Part shown: positions 31,346-43,586 of the stretch, one piece after another
How positions within the stretch are numbered: position 1 is the first letter of the stretch
Layout of the letters: each line of letters opens with the position of its first letter
Assembly: GCA_049322915.1 (NCBI GenBank)
Contig: JBMOPW010000034.1
Span: 1 to 64,000 of the forward strand
Direction of reading: 5' to 3'
From: Candidatus Zhuqueibacterota bacterium
GTDB lineage: Bacteria > Zhuqueibacterota > Zhuqueibacteria > Thermofontimicrobiales > Thermofontimicrobiaceae
DNA: 64,000 nucleotides
The notes under the pieces: model-generated
What the model saw: only the letters and a program-made list of their open reading frames with translations
Databases searched by the model: none
Told to the model about the DNA's origin: nothing
Translations under genes and position numbers: made by a program

Positions 31346-31993
31346 TCACCGGGATGTGGTGCTATCTGCAGTCTGAGATTGAAAATAGACGATCATCTTT
31401 TTGATAAAAACATCCGTCTCTTCATTTAAAATATCACTGAGCTTCTTAGCGAATAGCTCCATTTTGAAAGTGGCGATCTCTTCCTCTCGCTCGAATTCAT
31501 GACTCAGTAAATTTTCATACCCATCGTAGCTGCGCAGATAGAGTTTCAGGGCGAGGTGGGCTGCTGTGTACGATTCGTTATCGAATTTCTCGATGGCCTC
31601 GATGCTGCCAACGATCTCATAATCCGGGCGGACGTCGAAAAATTCCCGCTGACATTGTTGGAAAATTCTGTAGCTGTTGATGTGCTCAGCGATCAAATCC
31701 GAGATGGTAATCTGCGGACGAATCGCCCAGAGATTGTAACGATAGTAGTCCAGTCGATGGGCCGAATAGCGAACCACAATGCTGACGCGGTCGAATGTCC
31801 GCGGAATTTTCATAGTCTGCACCTGGACGCGGTAGGGGAAAGGCTTCGCCAGCACATAGCTGCTATCGCGAAGCACAGGGCGATAATCCAGAATGTAATA
31901 TTTGGGGTGAATCGTCGTGCTGGAACATTGCGCCAGCAATAAAACAAAGCCCATGATCAGGACACAGAGTGCGATGTATCTTAACCACGCCAT
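31346..31993 (-). CDS. PqiC-like ABC-transport auxiliary lipoprotein
   Basis: Lipobox LAQ-C; YYILD, IVVR..LDYYRYNLWA, GSIEAIE. Confidence 0.8.
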   Translation of the reverse strand: MAWLRYIALCVLIMGFVLLLAQCSSTTIHPKYYILDYRPVLRDSSYVLAKPFPYRVQVQTMKIPRTFDRVSIVVRYSAHRLDYYRYNLWAIRPQITISDLIAEHINSYRIFQQCQREFFDVRPDYEIVGSIEAIEKFDNESYTAAHLALKLYLRSYDGYENLLSHEFEREEEIATFKMELFAKKLSDILNEETDVFIKKMIVYFQSQTADSTTSR

Positions 31994-32001
31994 AGAGTTA
32001 C

Positions 32002-32973
32002 CTACTCCCGAATTTCTTGTTGTGGAGAACTGCGCAACAGCAGCGAAGGATTTTCACTGATGAGCCGGGTGAATTCATTGAAGTTTTCCAGACTTTCCCT
32101 GAGTATTTCGGTGGAACTGATGATGTCGTGGCGGCTTTTCAGCAGGGTCAAATCCAGATGCGTGAATGTCTTATTGGTCTGCTCGATGGCCGCAGCCAAT
32201 TTGGCGATCAGCTCCGAAAGCTTTGCCTGTTCCAGATCTGAGGAAATTCTCTCGACATTGTCTAGGGTTTTGGTCAATTGCGGCGACCTTGTGATGGCCC
32301 GAATATCGCCCAACGCCAGATTGGAAATGACCATAAATGTATCCAGGTGGCTGGTAAATTTTTCGATATGCTGCAGCGTGTTGAAAAAACTGTTTTGATT
32401 CGTATCGAGTAGGGTATTGAAGCTCTGCAAAGCATTGCTGGTATTGTCGACCAGTTTGAACAGCTTCTCCTGGCGCTCGGCCACGGTCATTTGAGCCAGA
32501 TTATTCAAAATCATCTCCAGTTTTTCGGTGATTATCTCCGCCTTGCCGGAGAGATTGTCGACGATGGAATGGCCCGGTTTGATGAATGATTTGGGAGGGA
32601 GCAGCGGCGATTCATTGCTGCCGCCCAGAATTTCAATCATCTTAATGCCGGCAGCGTAGCTGATATAATTGACAACGGCCTCGTTGTCCTCTTTGATCGG
32701 CACATTGGGCGTCACAGTGATCTGCACGATATTAGATGTGACATCTTTGGGATCGATGTAAATATTTTCGATTCTGCCTATTCGAATGCCGCGATATTTG
32801 ACCGGGGAACCAATTTCAAGACCGGCCAGCGAGAAGTTCTGATAGCGGATGAAATAGGTGGTCTTTTTCTTGAACACGCGCGTGCCGGTGATGATGGCCA
32901 CTGAAATGAACAGCACCGAAAAAGCAGTCACCAGAAAAATACCCAGTCGTATTTTTTGTGAACGGGACACCAT
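32002..32973 (-). CDS. MCE (MlaD-family) protein with long helical tail
   Basis: N-terminal TM; GLEIGSPVKYRGIRIG; coiled-coil ending ENPSLLL. Confidence 0.92.
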   Translation of the reverse strand: MVSRSQKIRLGIFLVTAFSVLFISVAIITGTRVFKKKTTYFIRYQNFSLAGLEIGSPVKYRGIRIGRIENIYIDPKDVTSNIVQITVTPNVPIKEDNEAVVNYISYAAGIKMIEILGGSNESPLLPPKSFIKPGHSIVDNLSGKAEIITEKLEMILNNLAQMTVAERQEKLFKLVDNTSNALQSFNTLLDTNQNSFFNTLQHIEKFTSHLDTFMVISNLALGDIRAITRSPQLTKTLDNVERISSDLEQAKLSELIAKLAAAIEQTNKTFTHLDLTLLKSRHDIISSTEILRESLENFNEFTRLISENPSLLLRSSPQQEIRE

Positions 32974-33192
32974 GGTAAAAAATCCTCATGTACATTGTGA
33001 AATCTGCTGCGCCAGCAATGTTGACCATTGCGCCAATTCCTGAGCCAGGGATGCTCTGACGGTTCATTGCAGTGAATGCTACGCACGAGAAAATAGCGAA
33101 ACCGCACATGAAATGCAAGCTAAAACTTGGATTTTAACAGGATTTAAGATTTGACCGGCAGCATAATTTTGATTGAAAATATCACCTGGAAA

Positions 33193-33960
33193 TTATATGC
33201 CTTCTCCTCGCACGACAACCGACAGCGTTTTCAGAATGATCGCTAAATCTGTGCGCAGTAACTGCCAGCCAGTCTTTGCGCGGATGGCATCGTAATACTG
33301 CCGATCCAGTTGCACTCCTTCGAACATGAACTGCTCGTAATTCTCAAGCGCGCGATAGTCCTTGTTCAACTGGTAATACCCGGTGATGCCGCTTTTCAAT
33401 TCATTCCGGAACTGATAATCCAGCTTCTGACCGGCGATGGTGACCCGCCCGGCTTTGTCCGGGAGATTGCGCGGATCGTACAGCGCCACCGGCCGCGGCC
33501 CGACAATGGTCATTTCTCCGATAAAAATATTAAAAACCTGGGGCAATTCATCCATATAGAATTTCTTGAGCAATTGGCCGAAGTGAGTTTTTTCCGCTCC
33601 CTGGTCTTCCCTCCAGTATTCCGGATGCCGCTGAAAATACGACCTGTCCTCCGGCGACAGCAGCCGTTCAATGTGCGCGATCAGGCCAGGAGAGAATGAC
33701 TTCTCATGCGACGGAGAAATGCGACTGACGCGAAATTTAAAGATGATGAAAATGCGGCCGCATGTTTTACGAAACACCCGATGAAAAATTGGCCCTCGGT
33801 CATTCGGGAAAAACAGCATGTTCAGCGCATAGCCAGTGATGATGCCAATGAACAGCGGGATAAGCAGCAACAGGAGGGGGATCAGCAGGGCGAGATCCAG
33901 CATTCGTTTGAAGCGGTGAATGGCGGCCATGCCATTGCAATGATGGTTCGGTCGTGTCAT
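33193..33960 (-). CDS. Monotopic phosphoglycosyl transferase (bacterial sugar transferase)
   Basis: KRMLD, GPIF, FKFR, DELPQ..GEMTIVGPRP, GITG, D..II.KT. Confidence 0.85.
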   Translation of the reverse strand: MTRPNHHCNGMAAIHRFKRMLDLALLIPLLLLLIPLFIGIITGYALNMLFFPNDRGPIFHRVFRKTCGRIFIIFKFRVSRISPSHEKSFSPGLIAHIERLLSPEDRSYFQRHPEYWREDQGAEKTHFGQLLKKFYMDELPQVFNIFIGEMTIVGPRPVALYDPRNLPDKAGRVTIAGQKLDYQFRNELKSGITGYYQLNKDYRALENYEQFMFEGVQLDRQYYDAIRAKTGWQLLRTDLAIILKTLSVVVRGEGI

Positions 33961-33978
33961 ACGCCTGTCGCAGTGAAA

Positions 33979-35265
33979 TTACTGCGCCTCGGGAATGGGC
34001 TTTCCATGCGGGTCGCTCTGTTTTTCGCCCACGGTCTGAATCAATTTCGTCTCCAGATCCTCTTTGATGAAGTGCTCCATGCGATTGGCCGGCTCATGGA
34101 CATGATCCGAAGGCAGGCCGCTCTCATCAAGGAACGTCTCCCAGAGCCTGTGTCGTCGCACTAAACTCGCCGCTTGTTTCATTCCCTCCGGTGTTAAAAA
34201 ATACTGCTGTTGGGTATTGGCCTGAATATACTTTTTCCTTTTGAGGGTGAACCAGGCTAACACAGCGCGCAGCGCGCCTTCTTCTGTCTCACGGAAAAGC
34301 TGGGCGCGGGTCATTAGCGCAGCCGCTTTTTTTTCCGATATGCGATACAGGGATAAAAGGATATGGTCGACGATGACGTTGATTGACAGTAAAAAATGGT
34401 TGAATGCTTTGCTGGCCAGGCCATGCCGGGGGGAAAAAATGAACGCTGACATGAACAGCAGCCCGGAGATGACCGTCATGACCGCAGCGATGGAGCTATC
34501 CCACACCACAGCGACGAAATAGCCGGCAGTGGACGAAATGACTCCGACCAGAACGGACAGCCAGAGCATGGTTTTCAGGTTATCGGTCAGTAAGTACGCC
34601 GTTGCCCCGGGGACAATGAGCATGGCCACGACCAAAATCGCGCCGACGGATTCGAACGCGGCGACTGTAGTCATGGAAACAGCGGCCATGAGCGCGTAGT
34701 GAATCAGTGTTGCATTGATGCCAATGGAGATCGCCATGCCCGGATCGAACGATGAAATCAGCAATTCCTTGTAAAAGAGAAGCACGAACAGAAGGTCGAT
34801 GAAAAATACGATTCCCAACAGCCAGACGGGTCGCGGCCCTAAAGACAGATCGCCCCAGCTCAGCAAATCGAAGGGAGTATAGGCGATTTCACCGTACAGC
34901 ACGCATTCCTGATCCAGGTCAATGTGCCCGGCGTAGAGGGAGATGAGCACCACTCCAAGCGCAAACAGCGCGGTGAAGACAATGCCGATGGAGGCGTCTT
35001 CCTGAACGCGCCATCGCCGATTCAGCGTTTCAATGAGAACTGCGGTGAGCAATCCGAACGCCGAGGCGCCAAGGATCATGGGCAGAGTGCTGCGGCTCCC
35101 GCTGAGCAAAAATGCAATGGCAATGCCCGGCAACACCGAGTGACTGATTGCGTCGCCAATCAGGCTCATTTTTCGAAGGACAAGAAAGGAGCCCAATAGC
35201 CCGCAGGACGCCGCTGCCAGCGCGCCGGTCATGATGATCCAGAATGCCATAGTGAATTCAGACAT
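33979..35265 (-). CDS. Mn/Fe/Zn ABC permease (TroD-like) fused to DtxR-type metal-binding domain
   Basis: AGGAG RBS before MSEFT; GDAISHSVLPG; C-terminal RRHRLWETFL..HVH..MEH..DPHGKPIP. Confidence 0.9.
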   Translation of the reverse strand: MSEFTMAFWIIMTGALAAASCGLLGSFLVLRKMSLIGDAISHSVLPGIAIAFLLSGSRSTLPMILGASAFGLLTAVLIETLNRRWRVQEDASIGIVFTALFALGVVLISLYAGHIDLDQECVLYGEIAYTPFDLLSWGDLSLGPRPVWLLGIVFFIDLLFVLLFYKELLISSFDPGMAISIGINATLIHYALMAAVSMTTVAAFESVGAILVVAMLIVPGATAYLLTDNLKTMLWLSVLVGVISSTAGYFVAVVWDSSIAAVMTVISGLLFMSAFIFSPRHGLASKAFNHFLLSINVIVDHILLSLYRISEKKAAALMTRAQLFRETEEGALRAVLAWFTLKRKKYIQANTQQQYFLTPEGMKQAASLVRRHRLWETFLDESGLPSDHVHEPANRMEHFIKEDLETKLIQTVGEKQSDPHGKPIPEAQ

Positions 35266-35397
35266 AGATAACTCCTGGTAATGCCAAATCAATCTTAACG
35301 TGCGCGTGCTTCTTCACTTCGTGCACGAGTGCAGTACCGCTCACCTCAGGCGATTTTGCGGATGGCTGCTTATTGCGCTACAGGTTGATCCGTTGCT

Positions 35398-36690
35398 TCA
35401 ACCGTGAATATTGACAATTTTCTCGGTGTCAATTCCCTGGCTCTTGAGAATTTTCTCCAACTCATCGAGCACACTGGGCGAAAGGATGTGTTCCATCTCG
35501 TCCGCGTCGCGGTGGACATGGTCGGAGCGCAGCCGCGCCCGATGCACGAGATAGTGTTCCCACAGGCGATGCGTCTTTACAATGTGAAGTGCTTCTTGCT
35601 GGCCAGACGCTGTCAGAGCGATTGCGCCATCCGTCATCTGCACGAGTCTTTTTCGCTCCAGCCGACGGATTGTTCGTCGCATGGTGGCTGGCGACTCATG
35701 AACCTGCCGGGCCAGGTCATCGAGCGCTACTGCCGCTGGACCGGGGCGCTGCTCTCGCAGTTCAATGCAAGCCCGCAGTACGTGCTGCTCGATGACCTGC
35801 CGCTTGTTGTTTCGATGGAGCTGCCATTTGGCGAATAAGCCTCGTTTCGGCGCGGCAATCGCGGAGATAATGAAAAACAGTGTGGCAGTGAGCACCATGA
35901 CCGGGCCCGTTGGAATGCGCGGCGCCATCGCGCTGAAGAACGTCCCGGCAACGCCGGAGATGCCGCCAAAAATCGCTGCTGCAAGCACCATCCGATTGAG
36001 ATGGTTGGTCCAGAACCGGGCCGCCGCCGCCGGAGTGATGAGCATGGCGGCCATCAAAACCACGCCCACTGCCTGCAATCCCACCATTACAGCCAGCACC
36101 AGCAATCCCATCAACAGCAGATCGATGCGTCTGGCATTGAACCCAAGAGAGGTGAGATAATCCGCATCGAAGCACAGCAGGCGAAATTCCTTAAAAAAGA
36201 GCAATACGAAAATCAGGACAGTGAGAGAGATAGCACCCATGACCAGCAAATCATCTGTGACAAGCGACGCCGCCTGTCCGAACAGGAATTTATCCAGGCC
36301 GCTCTGGTTGCCAATGGGCTGGCGCTGGACATGTGTGAGCAGCACAATGCCGACGCCAAAAAACACGGTCAATACCAGTCCCAGCGCCGCGTCCGGTTTG
36401 ATTCGGCTGAATTGGACAATGGCCTGGACGAGCAGAACCCCGACGATCCCTGAAATCGACGCGCCCACCAGCAATGGCACAATCGATTTTGATCCGGTGA
36501 TGAGAAAGGCGATGACCACGCCTGGAAGCGCTGCATGAGCCAATGCATCGCCCATCAGGCTGCGTTTCCGCAGCAGGGCAAAGGAGCCCAGCAGACCGCC
36601 GGTGGCGCCCAGGAGCAGCGAACCCAACAATACAAACTGCACGTTGGCATCGCTCAGGCTGAGAAATCTCAGGATTTCCTCCCACATCAC
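35398..36690 (-). CDS. Mn/Fe/Zn ABC permease (TroC-like) fused to DtxR-like HTH and dimerisation domain
   Basis: GDALAHAALPG; C-terminal LDDLARQV..TIRRLERK and HRLWEHYL..HVHRDADEMEH. Confidence 0.9.
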   Translation of the reverse strand: MMWEEILRFLSLSDANVQFVLLGSLLLGATGGLLGSFALLRKRSLMGDALAHAALPGVVIAFLITGSKSIVPLLVGASISGIVGVLLVQAIVQFSRIKPDAALGLVLTVFFGVGIVLLTHVQRQPIGNQSGLDKFLFGQAASLVTDDLLVMGAISLTVLIFVLLFFKEFRLLCFDADYLTSLGFNARRIDLLLMGLLVLAVMVGLQAVGVVLMAAMLITPAAAARFWTNHLNRMVLAAAIFGGISGVAGTFFSAMAPRIPTGPVMVLTATLFFIISAIAAPKRGLFAKWQLHRNNKRQVIEQHVLRACIELREQRPGPAAVALDDLARQVHESPATMRRTIRRLERKRLVQMTDGAIALTASGQQEALHIVKTHRLWEHYLVHRARLRSDHVHRDADEMEHILSPSVLDELEKILKSQGIDTEKIVNIHG

Positions 36691-37463
36691 AGTTTCCCCC
36701 CGCTTCGTCGCGCCACTTCCTCCGAAGCCTCCGACAGGATCGCAAGCTTTCCGCCGTAGGTCTTGTTTAGATTCTCCTGGGTGAAATGCTCCGCAGTGGG
36801 CCCGGCAGCGACAACGCGCATGTTCAGCATGATGACCCAGTCGAAATATTCCGGCACGGTCTGCAAATCGTGATGCACCACCAGCACCGTCTTGCCGTTC
36901 ATCTTCAAATCCATGAGCAGTTGAATGATGGCCTTTTCCGTGGTCGCATCCACACCGGCAAACGGTTCATCCATGAGATAAATTCGCGTATCCTGGGCCA
37001 GGGCGCGGGCTAAAAAAACCCGCTGCTGCTGTCCGCCGGAAAGCTGGCTGATCTGGCGATTGGCAAATTCTATCATGCCCACGCGCTCCAGGCATGAATC
37101 GGCGAGGATCTTATGGCTTTTCGTTGGCTGCCGGAACAGGCCCAATTTTCCGTAGACGCCCATCAGCACAACTTCCCGGACAGAAACCGGGAAATCCCAG
37201 TCTACCGATTCCCGCTGCGGGACATATCCCACGTGCAAGCGCATGTCCTGGTATGGCTGACCATAGATTTTCACCCAGCCGGACGCTTTGGGAATCAGTC
37301 CCAGAATGGCTTTTATCAGGGTGCTTTTGCCTGCGCCATTCGGGCCGATGATGCCGACCAGTTTTCCTTCCGGAATAGTCAGGTCCACATCCCATAGAAC
37401 CGGCTTTTTATGATAGGCAATGGTCATGTCATGGACTTCAATCGGGAAATTTTCATTCTGCAT
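36687..37463 (-). CDS. Mn/Fe/Zn ABC ATPase (TroB/MntB-like)
   Basis: GPNGAGKS, YVPQRESVDWDFP, LSGGQQQR, DEPFAGVD, VHHDL. Confidence 0.93.
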   Translation of the reverse strand: MQNENFPIEVHDMTIAYHKKPVLWDVDLTIPEGKLVGIIGPNGAGKSTLIKAILGLIPKASGWVKIYGQPYQDMRLHVGYVPQRESVDWDFPVSVREVVLMGVYGKLGLFRQPTKSHKILADSCLERVGMIEFANRQISQLSGGQQQRVFLARALAQDTRIYLMDEPFAGVDATTEKAIIQLLMDLKMNGKTVLVVHHDLQTVPEYFDWVIMLNMRVVAAGPTAEHFTQENLNKTYGGKLAILSEASEEVARRSGGKL

Positions 37464-37647
37464 GTTTTACCTCAATCATCTCGCGCTGAATTCAACGCCG
37501 TTACGGCGCGTATCTCAATCTGTTTCACTCCCAACAACAAACACTGCTTCTGCGGAAGCGATTCTTTCCAACCTCAGTTCAAACAAACGATTCAATGGTA
37601 TCGAAGCCATCTTCGTTGAATGACTCTCATTGTCCCTGTTTCACTCT

Positions 37648-40356
<2,709 letters not shown>

Positions 40357-40428
40357 GTTTCTTCCTTCTGTTGATTCACCAGTTTGAGATAGAACCTAAA
40401 AATCGTCGTTTTGTCCATTGCCCATTTT

Positions 40429-40528
40429 TCGACGGTTAACCGAAGCCATTCGTGGAACAGCCAATGCCGATTTCTTCATCGTGATGAGCCGCCCTTTTAC
40501 TTTGCGGTGAGGGCTGTTTCCCCGTCAA
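40429..40528 (-). ncRNA. Structured 5' leader, yybP-ykoY (Mn2+) riboswitch-like variant
   Basis: Closing stem UUGACGG/CCGUCGA; GGGGAAACAGCC after the stem; UCAUCAC internal segment; cUUCGg hairpin; lies between promoter and a P-IIA ATPase. Loop nucleotides deviate from the recalled consensus. Confidence 0.45.
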
Positions 40529-40540
40529 TTGAGCAGGCAA

Positions 40541-40569
40541 AATATATGCATATTTGACCTCTAATGCAA
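40541..40569 (-). promoter_or_regulatory. sigma70-type promoter for the P-type ATPase leader
   Basis: Minus strand TTGCAT-N17-TATATT. Confidence 0.7.
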
Positions 40570-40725
40570 GGGTATTTTGTTCGGATTTTCACAGTAGATG
40601 TTTCACTGCGTTGAATCGCATTGGATGAGTTCATTGAAAATTAACCCGGGCTTTGTCATCTATTTTTCACATGCAGTTTGTACATAGAGCCACTGGTCTT
40701 GAACGTCAATTGAGCGAAAATTATC

Positions 40726-40754
40726 TTGACAATTTACTTTTATTACTTTATTTT
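40726..40754 (+). promoter_or_regulatory. sigma70-type promoter
   Basis: TTGACA-N17-TATTTT. Confidence 0.6.
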
Positions 40755-40829
40755 TATACCGTTCCCGTGGCAAAGGCTAATCAGCTTCAAATTTCATATT
40801 ATTCAATGATCTTTAAGAGGAGGAAAATC

Positions 40830-41021
40830 ATGGCTGAAATTCAGTGTTCCCAATGTGCGTTTCGGGCGAAATATGACAATAATCCCAAATCCTTCCTGGG
40901 ACGATTGTGGCGCTGGCATGCGAACTGGTGCCCGGGCTGGAAGGAATACATGAAGTCGCTCTCTGAGCAAGAGCGAAATGAATTGGCCAAACGCTATCAG
41001 TTGAAAAAGTACCTGGCTTAA
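40830..41021 (+). CDS. 63-aa small protein with CxxC..HxxxC motif
   Basis: GAGGAGG RBS; MAEIQCSQCAFRAKYD..WRWHANWCPGW. Confidence 0.8.
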   Translation: MAEIQCSQCAFRAKYDNNPKSFLGRLWRWHANWCPGWKEYMKSLSEQERNELAKRYQLKKYLA

Positions 41022-41621
41022 ATCCTGCATCAACCCTGCGCTGATATCCCGTAGTCCGGGCATACCAGCGGTTTGTTTCAGCGTGCGCTCTCCGTTCGGA
41101 TGCATTGAAGGCGATTTCCCTGGTTCATTCGGAAAATGCATCCGGACTATCGCGCCGAAACGCGGAGATCGCTCATTGGACATTATGTCGAATGTCACTG
41201 AAATCTTCAGGATAAGTCGGCCTTTGATGTCACGTGCTCTCAACTCAGAATCGGCGACTGGCTCTCACCGTACATTCTGAAAGCGCGTTCTGCGTTCATG
41301 CGCCGGCGCTATTTTTTTCCGGCGACCTCTGCTGCAACAATTTTCACTCAAAAATACCTCTCTGATATTTGACTATCTTTTAATAATAAAAACATTAATT
41401 TTCAGTTTTCGATGACGATAATAGTTTAGACACGTATGTCAAAAATCGCATCCATCACTGAGGCGTAAATCCGAATGTGCCTTCTCAGTATTTACTCCGG
41501 CAGCAAGAGTGTCTATGTTTCGGATCTGAAAAGGACGCCTTGCATAACTTCCAACGCTCAAATCAATTAACGGTTCTCTTTTAAAATGGAAGCGTCACGA
41601 AATTTGTTTAAGAGGTGAAGG

Positions 41622-42212
41622 ATGAAAATAAGTCAAAGAACCTTTGATAAACCACAAAACGAAGAATTTGGAAAGGATCAAAAAATGGAAAAAACATTTA
41701 ACATCAACACATCAAGCCCCACAGCCACCGTGACCGATTCAACAATGATTTTTGAAGGGATACGATTTGTCGGGGATATTTCAGGTACTCATGATCTGTA
41801 TCTGAACGGTGAAATTGAAGGGAGCGTTGATCTGTCCGCCAATATGACGATCGGACGCACCGGCAGATTCAAGGGCGAAATCAAAGCTCAGAAAGTGATG
41901 ATTGAAGGCGAAGTCGAAGGCAAGGTTCATGCGTTAGATAAAGTTGAACTGCGCGATGGCGCCAAATTCAACGGCGACACAACCTCGCCATCGATCATGA
42001 TATCCGACCAGGCCTTTTTCCAGGGCAATGTCACCATGGTCGTGAATAAGCCAAATCAGGCAAGCACAACGAAGAAGGACAGCTACTCAAAGGATATGGA
42101 TAAAGAGAAATCCATGGATGGAAAAATAAAGATCGTCGACGATATATCCTCGTCACCTGAGCATGAAGAGAAAAGCAGCAAAAAATCCAAACTGATGGAT
42201 TCGTTCAATTAA
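41622..42212 (+). CDS. Bactofilin (polymer-forming cytoskeletal protein)
   Basis: Beta-helix repeats FVGDISG..LNGEIEGSV..IEGEVEGKV..FQGNV; charged tail; GAGGTG RBS. Confidence 0.9.
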   Translation: MKISQRTFDKPQNEEFGKDQKMEKTFNINTSSPTATVTDSTMIFEGIRFVGDISGTHDLYLNGEIEGSVDLSANMTIGRTGRFKGEIKAQKVMIEGEVEGKVHALDKVELRDGAKFNGDTTSPSIMISDQAFFQGNVTMVVNKPNQASTTKKDSYSKDMDKEKSMDGKIKIVDDISSSPEHEEKSSKKSKLMDSFN

Positions 42213-42278
42213 AAGAGAACGCTGTGACCACGCGTAATGGTCGGATTAAATTAAGACTTGATTTGTATTTACCAGAAG

Positions 42279-42309
42279 AAAAAACCCTTGATGACCTCAA
42301 GGGTTTTTT
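42279..42309. terminator. Bidirectional intrinsic terminator
   Basis: aaaaaacccttga-tgacc-tcaagggtttttt between convergent genes. Confidence 0.9.
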
Positions 42310-42392
42310 ATTAATAATTACCATTCTCAGGATAGGGGAGATGGGACTCGATCTGCAATTGCAGGTTTTAATTTGAGCCATCGCTGCCGTTG

Positions 42393-43544
42393 CTAAAAAA
42401 TGGTGTAGCCGTTGTTCTTCATCAGGACCATGGATTTTTCGTTCTTAAAATTCAAAATAACCTGCTCAATGTGAATTCGGGGCTGAGTCTCAGGGATGTA
42501 AATTCTATCGATATGGACCACCTTTTCGATAGAAGTGAAATTGGCGGCGCCAACGGCGCCACCGAAATGATCGCTTCTCCCGAAGGCGATATGCAATCCC
42601 AATTTTTCGTCCAATAAAATTTCACCGCTGGGAAGCACGCCAAAATCCTTCAGCACGCCAAATCCTAACTCTGCAATATTCGCATAGGCTGGTTCCGACG
42701 CAATGTATTTCGCCTCAGCGTCTGAACGGGCGCCACGACTGATCACCTCTTTTGCTGTGTTATTCTCCAATCGGTAGAGCACAACTTCATCGTCGAATTG
42801 AACCGGCAGGACGCCGGACGATTCGCTGGCCGCATCTTGCTCGCCTTCGTAGGGCACAATGTAACTTTCACCGCTGGGCAAATTTCCGGCTGTGCCCGGA
42901 TCAGGCAATCGCCCGCCGCTGGCATGCGCTGTACGAAAACGGAGGTCGAAGTGGCAGGTATACTCCTGCTTTCCATCGACTAAAAACTGGACGTCCAGCG
43001 AATCGGCTTTGTCCAGCAATTTCTTTATTTCAAAGACGCGGCGATTGATCTCTTCGTAATCCAGCCGCAGGGAAGGAATCATTTCAGCAGTGAACCCCGG
43101 CATTGTGGCCGCCCTGAAATTGGATTTTTTAGCCAGCAGCTTCAGAGGCGCTGTCGCTGAAAATTGTGTCGGCGCTAGGATGATCTGGCAGGTATCCAGA
43201 TAGGCGGCAAAATCGAACGGAATGCCTTTGGACAGAAGCGTTCCGGCAGTGACGGTCGCAGCAGAGCCGTTGTAACGGAATGCCTGCTTTGGCAGATCCG
43301 CATTGTTGCTGTGCACATTGGGGTAAAAGACCAGATCAACGTCGCTGAGCTGCAATTCGGTTTTCGCTTCGCGCAGCTTGCCGTGCCACTCACTCGCCAT
43401 TTCGCGGCGCATGCGCCATTTATCGATGTCAGCGACTTTTTCATCGGGCACATCGATGAGTATGGCCAAGCGCCTGTCGTCTTTCCCGGGCGAAAAAACA
43501 GAACGTACCAGATTGATCAATTCGTGGATAGTCAATGTTTCCAT
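42393..43544 (-). CDS. M29-like (thermophilic metalloprotease) aminopeptidase-family protein
   Basis: ATMPG, GNLPSGE, ELGFG, LDEK..HIAFG, VHID. Confidence 0.75.
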   Translation of the reverse strand: METLTIHELINLVRSVFSPGKDDRRLAILIDVPDEKVADIDKWRMRREMASEWHGKLREAKTELQLSDVDLVFYPNVHSNNADLPKQAFRYNGSAATVTAGTLLSKGIPFDFAAYLDTCQIILAPTQFSATAPLKLLAKKSNFRAATMPGFTAEMIPSLRLDYEEINRRVFEIKKLLDKADSLDVQFLVDGKQEYTCHFDLRFRTAHASGGRLPDPGTAGNLPSGESYIVPYEGEQDAASESSGVLPVQFDDEVVLYRLENNTAKEVISRGARSDAEAKYIASEPAYANIAELGFGVLKDFGVLPSGEILLDEKLGLHIAFGRSDHFGGAVGAANFTSIEKVVHIDRIYIPETQPRIHIEQVILNFKNEKSMVLMKNNGYTIF

Positions 43545-43586
43545 TTCGTGAACTCCTTTTGTAAATGACGATGCACATCGCTCAGA

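Noticed and set aside
35293..35397. GTGCGCGTGC..GTGCACGAGTGC repeat-like spacer between the permeases
   Set aside because: Too degenerate to call a repeat element from one copy.
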